Positions 24,101 through 35,506 of a stretch of 64,000 nucleotides of DNA are shown here, in pieces. The position numbers and the translations under genes are program-made. Location: the NCBI GenBank assembly GCA_028534125.1, contig CM052818.1, positions 5,458,001 through 5,522,000 of the forward strand. Direction: 5' to 3'. Origin of the DNA: Lama glama. Lineage: Eukaryota. How positions within the stretch are numbered: position 1 is the stretch's first letter; each line of letters starts with the position of its first letter. The notes under the pieces are model-generated. The model was not told the DNA's origin. It searched no databases and was given only the letters and a program-made list of their open reading frames with translations.

Positions 24101-27100
24101 CACCAGTGAACCTACGTGGGCCTGGTGTTTTCTGCATGGGAAGGTTATTAACTATTGATTGAATTTCTGTAATAAATTTAAGCTTATTCAGATCGTCTGT
24201 TTCTTCTTGTGTAAGTTTTGGCAGGTTATGTCTTTCAAGGAATCAGTCCATTTCATCTAGGTCATTGAATTTGTGGGCACAAAATTGCCCACAGTAGTCC
24301 TTTATTATCCTTTCTATGCCCATGGTCTCTGTAGTGGTGCCCCCTCTTTCATTTCTGATATGAGTAATTTGTGTCTTCTCTTTTTCCTTAGTTAGCCTGG
24401 AAAGAAGTTCATCAATTTTACTGATCTTTCAAAGAACCAGCTTTTGGTTTTGGTTTTGTTGGTTTTCTCTATGATTTACTGTTTTTAATTTTATTGATTT
24501 TTTTTACTCTAATTTTTATTGTTTCTTTCTTCATCTTTCTCTGGATTAAATTTGGTCTTCTTTTTATAGTTGCCTAAGGTAGAAGCTTAGAATATTCAGT
24601 TTAGACTTTTCCTCTTTTCTAGGATATGCATTTAATGCTATAAATTTACCTCTGAACACTGCTTTCACCGCATGCCACAAATTTTGATAAGTTGTGTTTC
24701 CATTTTCATCTAGTTCAAAGTGTTTTAAAATTTCTCTAGAGATGTCTTCTTTGACCCGTGTGTTATTTAGAAGTATGTAGTTTAGTCTTCAGGTATTTGG
24801 GGATTTTCCAGCTATCTTCCTGTTATTGATTCCTAGAATAATTCCACTGTGGTATGAGCATTCATTGTGTGAGTTCTGTTTTTTTAAATTTTAAGGATTT
24901 TAAGGTATGTTTTACAGCCCAGAATGTGGTCTGTCTTAGTAAATATTCCATGTGCGCTTGAGAAGAAGGTGTATGCTGCTGTAGTTGGAGGAAGGAATCC
25001 ATAGATGTCAAATATACATATAGTTGACTAATGGTGCTGTTGTGTTCAACTATGTCCTTACTGATTTTCTGCCTGCTGAATCTGTCCATTTCTGACAGAG
25101 GAGTGTTGAAGTCTCCAACTATAATAGTAGATTCATCTACTCCTCTTTGCAGTTCTATCGGTTCATGCCTCACGTGTTTTGACACTCTGTTGTTGGGCAC
25201 ATACACATTAGGGATGGTTATGTCTTCTTGGAGAATTGACTCCTTTACCATTATGTGATGCTGCTCTTTATCCCTAACAATTTTTCTTGCTGTGAAGTCT
25301 ACTCCATTTGAAATCAATAGAGCTATTTCAACTTTAATTTAATCAGTGTTAACAGGGTAAGTTTTTCTCCATTCATTTACTTTCAATCCATATGTGTCTT
25401 TATATTTAAAATGGGTTTCTGATAGACGATACATAGTTGGGTCTTGTTTTTAATCCATTCTAACAATCTCCAGTTTTAATTTTTTGCTTCACACTGACCA
25501 TTTCCATCTTTTAGACCACGACATTGAAAGTGATTATTGATAGAGTTGGGTTAATAGCTACAATATTTGTTACTGTTTCCCTTGTTCTTTTTATTTTAAT
25601 TTTTGTATTCCACTCTTTTTCTGTCTTTTGTGGTTTTAATTGAGCATTTTATGATTCCATTTTCTCTCCTTTCTTAGCATATAAGTTTTACTTTGTTTAT
25701 TACTTTTCAAGTGGTTGCCTAGAGTTTGCCATATACATTTACAGTTAATCCAAGTCCACTTTCAAGTAACACTATGACACTTCATGAGTAGTGCAAGTAT
25801 ATTAATATAACAAAACTGTAACTAATTCCTCCCTCCTGTCCCTTGTATTATCAGTGTCATTCATTTCATATATACATAATTTATACTCACTGAATACAAT
25901 GTTATTATTATTTTGAATAAATTATTATCTGTGAGACCAATTGAGAGTAAGAAAAACTTTTTATTTGGCCTTTACTCATTCCTTCTTTAATTCTCTTCCT
26001 TTCTTACGTAGCTCTGAGTTTCTGACCTAATAATTTCCCTTCTCTCTGAAGAACTTTTAACATTTCTCAAAAAGCAGGTGTTCTGGCAACAAATTCCCTC
26101 AATTTTTGTTTGTGTAAGAAAGTCTTTATTTCTCCTTCACTTTTGAAGGATAATTTTTCAGGCTGCGGAATTCTCGGTTGGTGGAGCTTTTTCTCTCAAC
26201 ACTTAAAGTAGTTCATTCCACTCTCTTCTTACCTAAATGGACTCTAAGAAAAACTTGGATGTAGTTATTGTCTTTGCCCCTGTATACGTAAGCTGTCTGT
26301 TTTACCTCTGGTTGTTTTTCAAGATTTTTTTTCTTTATCTCTGATTTTCAGAATTTTGAATATAATATGTGAGGTATAAGGGGCGTTTTAATTTGTTTCA
26401 TCGTTGTTGTCATTGTTGCTGTTTTTCACATTTATCCTACTTGGTGTTCTCTGAGCTTCTGGGATCTCTGTTTTGGGGGATCTGTTCAGTCATTATCATT
26501 TCAAATACGCTTTTGTTCCTTTCTCTCTTTTTCCTTCTTCTTCCAGCATTCCCATTAAACATATGTTATACCTTTTGTCTTACAGTTTTTGGATATTCTG
26601 TTCTATATTTTTTGTCTTTTTTCTCTTCGCTTTTCAGGTCTGAAAGTTTTGTGGACGTATCCTCAGGCTCAGAAATTTTTCTTCAGCCATGTCCATTCTA
26701 CTAATGAGCTCATCAAAGGTATTTTTTTTAACTTCTATTACAGTGTTTTGATCGCTAGGATATCTTTTTCATTCTTTTAGAATTCCCATCTCTCTGCTTG
26801 TATTACCCATCTGTTCCAGCATATTGTTTACCTTTTCCAGTACATCACTAGCACATAAATTACAATTGTTTTAAATACATGATCTGATCATTCCAACATC
26901 CCTGCCATATCTGGATCTGGTTCTGATCTTTGCTCTGTATCTTTAAACTGTGGTTTGTTTGTTTGTTTGTTTTTTAGTACGCCTTATAATAGTTTGTTGA
27001 ATAGCAAACATAATGTACAGGTTTAAAAGAACTGCAGTAATTAGGTCTCTAAAAATGCACGGTTACAGAGGGAGAGCATTCTATAGCACTATGAATCGGT

Positions 27101-27742
27101 CTCAGTTTTTTAGTGAGCCTATACCCCTGGGCTGTAAACTTCAAAAGTGCTTCTTAGTTTTTTGTTTGGGGTTTGTTTGTTTGTTTGTTTTTAACTCCCT
27201 TCGTGGTACAAGATGGCTAGAGTTGGCTAGAGTTGGGTTTTCCCTTTCCCCAGGTGGACTAGGCTTTGTTAAGAACAGAAGGCTCTGGTATATAAATCAA
27301 AATTGTTACTTTTTTCCCTCTCCTTCTGCCAGAAGCCTGAAGGGATTTTTTTTTTCTCTGATATTCACTATGATAACCTGGTTGAGCTCCTGGAGGTAAA
27401 ACTGACAAAAGTGTGAGGGCCAGCAAATGACGGAGTCCCCTGGAATTTTTATCTCTCAGATTTGTACACTTAGCGTCAGCCATCTGTCCATTCCAGTTCA
27501 GTTTTCTTATCCCAGTACTGATTCCTGCGGAAGTTTCTGTTTCTGAGTCTCTGCTCCTCTAAAGTTGTAATTCCCTGTACCACCTGTCTTTCTCTCCAGT
27601 TTTAGGGGCAGAAATTGGCTCTGCCACCTCACTTCTCTGACAGATCCAAGAAGGGTTGTTGATTTTTTCAGTTTGTTCAACTTTTTACTTGTCGTTAGGA
27701 TAAAGGGATGACTTCTAAGCCCCTTACGTGCTAGACCAGGGA
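21163..27742 (-). mobile_element. Near full-length ancient L1 (L1MC1/2-type 3' end), degenerate
   Basis: 3' end tttaggttcacagcaaaattga...cccaccagagtggtacatttg. ORF2 remnants at 22198-22398, 23931-24137 and 24862-25317 (endonuclease, IIVGDFNTPLS). ORF1/5'UTR-like sequence to about 27740. Possible TSD acttcctttt (21157-21166) / acttactttt (27743-27752). Confidence 0.92.
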
Positions 27743-27794
27743 ACTTACTTTTTAACAAAATTACATCATGGTCAACTAAGAGGGAGAGTTGATG

Positions 27795-28150
27795 AGTAGC
27801 CAGAGCTTGAGACTTGAGTTCAAAACCGAGTGTCCTCTCTTATTTGTTACGATCTGTGGGCAATTTACTCCACCCATCTGACTCCAAGCTTCCTCTTCTG
27901 TGAAAAGGGGAAACTGATACATAGTTTTGAGGTTTTATGTATGGTTTTTTTTCAGTTCAGGATCTGGTGAGTCATAAATCTTCCATAATTGCTAGTTCCT
28001 TTCCCTTTTCCTCTTATCAGTTGCCACAATAAATCACTTAATCTCCCTGAGGCTATTGCTTCATCTTTCAAATGGGAATAATGATGCCTAAGCTTACAAA
28101 CCCACAGGACTGTTTTGATAATCAAAGAGCCAATATGTGTCATCATATTT
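27795..28150 (+). mobile_element. Two MIR fragments
   Basis: gacttgagttcaaaacc...cttcctcttctgtgaaaagggg; aaatcacttaatctccctgagg...tcatctttcaaatgggaataatgatgcc. Confidence 0.65.
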
Positions 28151-29754
28151 ATATATAAAAAAAGAATGTTATTAAACAAAGACAGGGCAAAAATATTAGT
28201 ACCATAATAATAATTATCATCATTACAAATATTCAATGCTGTGTCTGACTCACCTGTCTTTATGAAGTTTAACACAAAATCATAAAAGTCTTATGTGACA
28301 ATCCATCTTGAGTTCTTTTCCAAACAAGTTACTTGCTTTGACATTTTTTTTTCCTGCAATAATCAAAGCTCTTCATCGCCAAGAATTTATAAGACTTGTC
28401 AAAAGAGTTTCTGGTTACCTTTCCTGAATTTCGTCTAAGACTGTGGGACAGAGGGCTGCCAACAAAAGGCTACAGTCCTCCCCCTCCCACTACCCCAGGG
28501 TAGAGTTTAGTCTTATGCTCATAAGTGCTAGTATTTTGCCCACCCTCTAGCCTCTGCCAATGCGGATGGTTTTGAGTGATTAAACATGTAAACCATCAAG
28601 ACCAAAAGCATCACCGAGCATTCTAAGCCCTGCACAGCTGGAAGGCAGAACAAGACCCCAGAAGCTGTCCAAGGTCCTCAACACTACCCTCATTTTATGG
28701 ATGTGACCCCCCAAAACTTCCCATTTTCCAGAGTACTCCCACTCAATATTTTCACCCTGCCAGGCAGGCTTACGGGATTGTTTCCAGTATTGCAAGATCT
28801 AGAAAAGAAAAAAGTTATCTTGCCTCACTGCTCAATAACTCCCGTACAATAGTCTCCTGGAACCCACTCCCTTAGGGCTGCCGGATTAGGTCTTGGTCCA
28901 GCACATTAAACCTAAAGGCCTAACCACACAGCCAGCATACAAGTTCCTTTTCTCTGCATCCTTTCCTGTTACTTCAAGTGAAAGAGCCCTGCACTGTCAA
29001 TGGATACTAAGCATACTGCATAATTATTTATCACTAAACTGTTGCTGTTGGTATGTCTTTCTTTCAAAAAGAAACAAAGACAAAAAACAAACCAAAAAAA
29101 ACACCTCTCTTCTGGCTTGATCTTGCCTAGTCAGCAGTTTTCTTTACGGCGTTGTTCATTACCGTCCTCGCGTTAATCGCGGGCACTGTAATGCCTCCCC
29201 ACTATGAGCTTTCCCTGCCTCTCCATATAGTTTGCTTTTCACTGTAGCTGCTGAGCGGCGTAAATCAATACAATGCACACCATAAACACCACAAGTGCTA
29301 ACCCTGCCAACTGGCTCTCTTTAATTGGTTTCAGCTCAAAACCTGTAAACCTATTTGAAGCAAAAAGGTGGACAAGTCAAAGGCAAGACGAATGACCCGG
29401 ACGCCTCGCTGAGCCAGGGGTTGCGAGCTCCAATGTGGTATTTTTCATCTCTGTCATGGTTTTTCTTCCATTTCTCTCTGGATCTTTCTTACTGCCCAGG
29501 TATTGGGCTTCAGCAGCCTCTACATTTATAATTACAGAAAGGAAAGTATAAATACCCCAGAGGCTGCATGGTGCATTTTAGTGATCGCACTACCCAAGAG
29601 GGCAACTTGAATAAATACCCCTCACAACTAGTGTTATATTGACAGGTTTTCACGGTTACCCTCTTTACAAGTAAATCCGAGCCCTGATGGAGTCTCCCTC
29701 AAATGTCACACACAGATGGCAGATTGGCTGGACATTTTTATCACCAGGCTGAGG

Positions 29755-30140
29755 TTTTTTGAGGGCTTTTTTGTTTTTGTTTTTTATTGAAGTATTGTCA
29801 CTTACAGTGTTGTGTTTATTTCTGGTGTACAGCATAGTGATTCAGTTACACATATATACATATTCCTTTTTCTATTATTTTTCATTATAGGCTATTAGAA
29901 GGTATCGAACATAGTTCCCTGTGCTGTATAGTAGGACCTTGTTATTTATCTATTTTATATATAGCAGTAGGATCTGCAAATCCCAAACTCCCAATTTATC
30001 CCTCCATCCCATGCACTTTTCCCACTGGCAACCATAAGTTTGTTTTCTATCTCTGTGAGTCTGTTTGTCTGTCTCTGTTTTGTAAATAAGTGTGGAATCT
30101 TAAAAAAAAAATGACACCAATGAACTTATTTACAAAACAG
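29755..30140 (-). mobile_element. L1 3' end with twin-priming inversion
   Basis: Antisense 3'UTR to 30090, then the upstream piece in sense orientation (tgtggaatcttaaaaaaaaaatgacacc...acaaaacag) at 30091-30140. Flanks ctgaggtttt / ctgagtttt. Confidence 0.9.
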
Positions 30141-31283
30141 TCTGAGTTTTAAAAACCTATGGCTTTGTTTGCTTCAAAGTGTATTCACTTGTCAATTTGC
30201 ATTGCTGCAGGGAGAGCACATGGTTCAAATGGTTGTCCATTTGTTTATTCACAGTGACAACAGTGCCTGAGGTACTGCTGTTTCCACAAGCCTATCATTC
30301 TGCTGAGGCTGACTGAGAAGACTGGATTAAGCGATCACCTGAGGGGGTTCCGGGTTAATGGCCTATGGGAATGGCCGCTTCACCAAGCTAGTTCCAAGTT
30401 GGTGACAATCTACTGTCTTCCCCTGGCCTTAGGTGACTCCTCTAGTCAAGCAAATCACTGAGTCTGTGATCAGAGCCACTGAGCCAGGGACCCTTTTTCT
30501 AGAAGTTCCAAATCTCGTCAAGCAGGCAGTGGTATTTGAAAAGGAGAGCTCATGTGTTGAGCAAATGATTATTTAAAATGCGTGTTCAAGCAGCCAGAGG
30601 GAAAACCCCTGGGCAGAAACACACTAAGACTGAAACTCATAGAAGGGCTTGTCGAACAGTAAAACATGTGCCTGCGTACACGCGCACACACACACATACA
30701 CACACACAACACTGGAGAAAAGGAGCTTTCGTGGGGCAGATTTCACAAGCAGGGCCATCTCTTAGCCAGTTGCCACATCTGAATTAGCATTTCAATAACA
30801 CAATCGTTTCATCACACTCTTGAAATCACTTTTATCTTCCATTTTATTTAAACAGGGCAGCCGCCAACTTTTATGAGAGGCTTGATGCTAAGGCAGCCCC
30901 AAGCTTGATTCATAAATCTTCCACCCAGTTCAGGAAGTACACATGCAGTCGTCTGGCGTGTTCATTCAGCTTTCTTTGCTGTTATTTTATGGTTCTCATT
31001 AGGAGTCTCCAAAATGCTACCGGTACAGTTTTCAGGGTTCAGCATGAGAATGAATTTCTAGTTACATCCCCACGATAAAGCTGATGGTATAAGGTCTCTC
31101 CCACCTCGTGTTGAGATACAGGTACAAGGACAATCCTTACTAGGGTTATTTTTAAACTGAACCGGCCATCAGGACATGCCATTGGATCACAGGCTCAGAA
31201 TATGATGCATAGAACATCTCATTTCAACATGTGCAGATCAAGGTAAAGTTTTCTGAAGCACGGAGACCAATGCTCCTGCTTTT

Positions 31284-31462
31284 TTTTTTTTTAATAAATT
31301 TTAATCTTTAAAACATTTTTTTGGTTTGGGGTTTTTTTTTGGTGGGGAAGTGGAATTAAGTTTATTTATTTCTTTATTTTACTGGAGGTACTGGGGATTG
31401 AACCCAGGACCTCGTGTATGCTAAGCACGTGTTCTACCACTGAGCTATAGCCTCTCTCCCCC
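31284..31462 (-). mobile_element. tRNA-derived SINE, camelid Vic-1-like
   Basis: Minus strand reads ggggagagaggctatagctcagtggtagaacacgtgcttagcatacacgaggtcctgggttcaatccccagtacctcc plus an A-rich tail. TSD tgctcctgctttt at 31271-31283 and 31466-31478. Confidence 0.9.
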
Positions 31463-32028
31463 TAGTGCTCCTGCTTTTGATTGAAATCATACGGAGCATC
31501 TCTCTTCCTGAGATTTTGCCTCCTGTGATGACGCACCATGCCTCCCTCCATCGTTCTCTCCTTAGGTGGCATGGGCACAGCTTCATTTTTTGTAGGCACT
31601 AAGCCTCCCTATTTTTGCATGACTTCAAGAAGATGATTTGGAGTCAGTGAATCAGAGAATACTATTCATTATAAAATTTTTCCCAGTCTACGTGGCCGCC
31701 ACTATGTAGTTGAGGACCGGGGAAGAGAGGAAGCAGTTGGGTGTATGACACCTGGCAGTGAACAGTTGAAAGGAGTTAGAAAACACTTTTGTTTGTAGCC
31801 CATATTACAAGTTTACTAGGAACATTAAAGTCACCTCATCAGCCCTGTTTCTATGAGTTGAGCTATTTAAAGAACACTGCAAGGGGACAGCTAGGGATTT
31901 TCCATAAAAGAGCTCACCTGGATGTGCAAAGGACATTCACTTTCGTTTGTTCAGAAACAAGGTTTCCCAGCACAGAATTTCCTTTCTAACCTTCTCTTCC
32001 GCTAACACCCCTACCTCCACCAAATTTG

Positions 32029-32052
32029 CACACACACACACACACACACACA
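32029..32052. repeat. (CA)n microsatellite
   Basis: Directly visible. Confidence 0.95.
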
Positions 32053-33689
32053 AATTGTCTGGGTTTTGGCAAATGTTATGTTGACAATTCTTATCTAATT
32101 GTAGGCTCATTAGGAAATGTTGAAAGTGGAATTCTTCTGATCTGCCATTTGGCTTTTTCTTTTTCTTTTTTCTTTCCATGGCTGATTTCATGTTTAATCT
32201 TTAAAGTGAAGATAAATCTCGACAGGAAAAGCGAAATATCCCTTGAATACCAGTGTCTACAGAGTTTAACCTTTCCATAAAAATAATTTCATGTCGCTAA
32301 AAGGCTTAAATAGTGATGCCCATTAAAAACAGGCTAAACATAAGATTGCAAAAGGTAAAATGACTGTGCAAATTTCGTGCTATAATTAAGGTTTTACCAG
32401 GGTCTCCATGATGTTGAATTAGCCTACCTCATGATGGAATGAGCTGGGGGTGTGTATTCAGAATGTGGGGCACATTGAGAACAGAAGAGGGCTGCTTTGC
32501 TGGTAACAAATCCCACCCATGTTCATGCTTCCTACAACTGCCCTGAATCAAAAGGAGCCCAAGATAATACAGTCAGAGAACATGTCAAGGACTCTAAAAA
32601 ACCACTGCTATGTCACAACTTCTAAACACCTTTCTACTTCCTAACACTAATGCATTCTAGCTGAGTAGCCCATTCAGAATTCTAGCAAGTTCTCTTTCTC
32701 TTACATGATTTGGGGAAAATCAATCCATCCACGTTTCCTTCTGATTTCATCACTCTGTTCCTACCTAGATATGACCTAGATCTGGATGCTGTCACAGTGT
32801 CCTGGACACATTTTCCCTTCAGTCTAAGTGGTAAAAGCTGAGCTAAATGTTCCCATCAAACAACTGCAAGGGAAGACCTGACGTGGCTCTATTATTCCAG
32901 ACACCTGCCCTTCCCTTGTCTTCTTTCTGAAAGTCAACCAAAAGCATATTTTTGTTTTTAATAAGAATTGGACAGCAAAAATGAGATTGGCTAAAATTCT
33001 GGACTGCATTTCCCAACGGCTTCCAAAATAAATGCGTCAACATTCTTATTTCGCACCACCTGCAAGAAAAGTCTATGGTTAGCGTTCAGGCTCAATAATG
33101 GAAAATGAAAATTATTAGTTGGGAAATAGGTTTCGGGATCAGGTCTACAGAGGGTAATGTTAAACAACAGAAAAACCCCTCTTGGAGACAGAGTCTTCAG
33201 AACCCCTTACAAGCATGCTATATTTGGAATTTATGTATTAGCTTCATTTCCCTTTGAGTCACACTCATTCTTCCCAATCAAATGGCTTTCAAATACAAAC
33301 TCCACCTCGTGAATTATGGAAATCTACTCTTTATCAGCTTTTCCCAACTGAGATTCCTTGAGAGAACTAAGCCCCACAGAAAAATGATTCCAGTGACTGT
33401 TCTCTCAATTTTCCCCAGGAAGATACTAGCAAGTCCTGTTCTAGAACACAGAGGAAATAAGTTAATTCAGTGCATACCATAGATGCCTTAAGGCATCAGG
33501 ACTTAATTCTCTAGCAGTTCTTGAGAAGGGCTGCTGGTGGTTTTAATGAGCAGAGCAATGTCATCACAAACTAATCTGACTAATATTGGAAGGTTCTCCG
33601 TGTCCCCAGACATTACCAGCATGACTGTCACTGCAATAACCACAACTACCACCACTAGTACTAGTAAGAAGATGAAGGGTAGCTTCCAC

Positions 33690-34430
33690 GTGCCGATCCA
33701 TCCTTGTGCTGAACGTTTAAAACCCATTTGCTCGTGTAAATGGCACGACAGAAGCATGAGGTGGGCATGACTATTGTTATTCCATTTGACAACTGAGGAG
33801 ACGCTGGTTACATTACAGGAAGATGGGGTGAGACGACGGTCATGTCCCTGGGATGCACCCCGCCAAGTGAGGGTCCTTGTCTTCACACGGGGAAGAAATC
33901 AAGAGTGAGCCAGAGCAGAGTTCAAGTAGATTTATCCAGAGAGATACACACTCCATAGACAGAATATGGACCGTCTCAGAAGGCCAGAGAGGCCACGAAG
34001 GTAAAAGTAGATACGCATTCCATAGACAGAGCGTGGACTGTCTCCAAAGGCGAAAGAGAGACCATGAGGTGCAGGGTTGTTAGTTTTTATGGGCTCGGTA
34101 ACTTCATATGCTAACAAGTGGGAGGATTATTCCAACTACTTTGGGGAAGGGGCGGGGATTCCCAGGAATTGGGCCACCATGCACTTTTTACCTTTTATGG
34201 TCAGCTTTGAAACCATCACGGCACCTGTGGGAGTGCCATTTAGCATGCCAATGTATTACAGTAGCATACATTGAAGCTCAAGGTCTACTGGGAGTTGAAT
34301 CTTCTGCCATCTAGGGGCTAACAGCTGTCTCATTCTTTTAATGGTTGTGGCCTGCCCCCTTCCCTCCTGTTTCAGCTAGATGGGTTAACTGGCAAAACCA
34401 AATTGGAATCCAGAGCCTGTCTGACTCCTC
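33690..34430 (-). mobile_element. MIR split by the solo LTR at 33811-34374
   Basis: tattgttattccatttgacaactgaggagacgctg on the left; ttggaatccagagcctgtctgactcc on the right. Confidence 0.7.
33811..34374 (-). mobile_element. Solo LTR, ERV1-class
   Basis: Ends cattacagg (degenerate TGTTAC)...cctgtttca. 4-bp TSD gtta/gcta. LTR-typical gaagaaatcaagagtgagcc and gggcggggattcccaggaattgggcc. Interrupts a MIR. Confidence 0.8.
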
Positions 34431-34832
34431 CAGGAGACAGAAGAAATCTATAAGATTGTAACAGATGCCAAGGAGAGTAGGGTTAGGGAGCTGACATGGA
34501 GGGACTCCACCCACCTGCTGGACCAAGCAGGAGGAGGGAGGAGGTCAAAATGGAGGTCGGGTTGGTTAATGACCACAGCCAAAGAGGTTGAGGCACCAAA
34601 GAAGGAAAAAAATGCCAGGAGGAAGACTGGGACCCCAAAGCCAGAAATAAACAGGAATCAGACCAGGCACTGGAGTACACTAAGGCAGCTACCATGTATG
34701 AGGGCTCTAGTCCAAGTCAAAATCAAAAGAACACTTTTAAATGGTAAGTAGACCCAATTTCTTCCTTTCAAAGAAAGTATAAGGATTTAAACAATCCTTT
34801 TCTCTCACTTCCCTCCACTGCCTACCCCAGCC

Positions 34833-35506
34833 TTTTTTTTTTAATTGAAGTGTAGTTGATTTACAATGTTGTGTTAGTTTGTGGTATATAGAACAGTGAT
34901 TCAGTTATATAAATCTATATTCTTTTTTTTTTCATTATAGGTTATTACAAGATATTGAATATAGTTCCCTGTGCTATACAGTATGACCTTGTTGTCTATC
35001 TATTTTATATATAATAGTGTGTACCTGTTAATCCCAAACTCCTAATATAGCCCTCCCCTGCCTCTCCCCTTTTGGAACCATAAATTTGTTTTCTATGTCT
35101 GTGAGTCTGTTTCTGTTTTGTAAATAAGTTCATTTGTATCATCAGTTTTTCTAGATTCTACATATAAGTGATACCATATGATACTTTTCTTTGTCTGACT
35201 TACTTCACTTAGTATGATAATCGCTAGGTCCATCCATGTTGTTGCAAATGGCATTATTTTATTCTTTTTTACAGCTGAGTAATATTCCACTGTATATCTA
35301 TACCACATCTTCTTTACCTAGTCATCTGTCAATGGACAATTAGGTTCTTCCATGCTTTGGCTATTGTAAATAGTGATGCTAGGAACACTAGGGTGTATGT
35401 AACTTTTTGAATTAGGGTTTTCTCTGGATATATGCCCAGGAGTGGGATTGCTGGATCTAATGGTAACTTTATTTTTAGGTTTTTAAGGAATCTCCATACT
35501 GTCTTC
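34833..35506 (-). mobile_element. 5'-truncated L1 (ORF2 end + 3'UTR)
   Basis: ORF2 remnants MWYRYTVEYYSAVKKNKIMPFATTWMDL and [26 protein letters not shown]; poly(T) at 34833. Confidence 0.95.

Noticed and set aside
24862..25317. 151-aa ORF as a functional endonuclease
   Set aside because: Frameshifted remnant of the L1MC ORF2 endonuclease domain.
28580..28815. Minus-strand exon starting at 28798 (ttttttcttttctag|ATC)
   Set aside because: The acceptor is good but the ORF is unrecognisable and the nearest donor gives only 25 nt; insufficient support.
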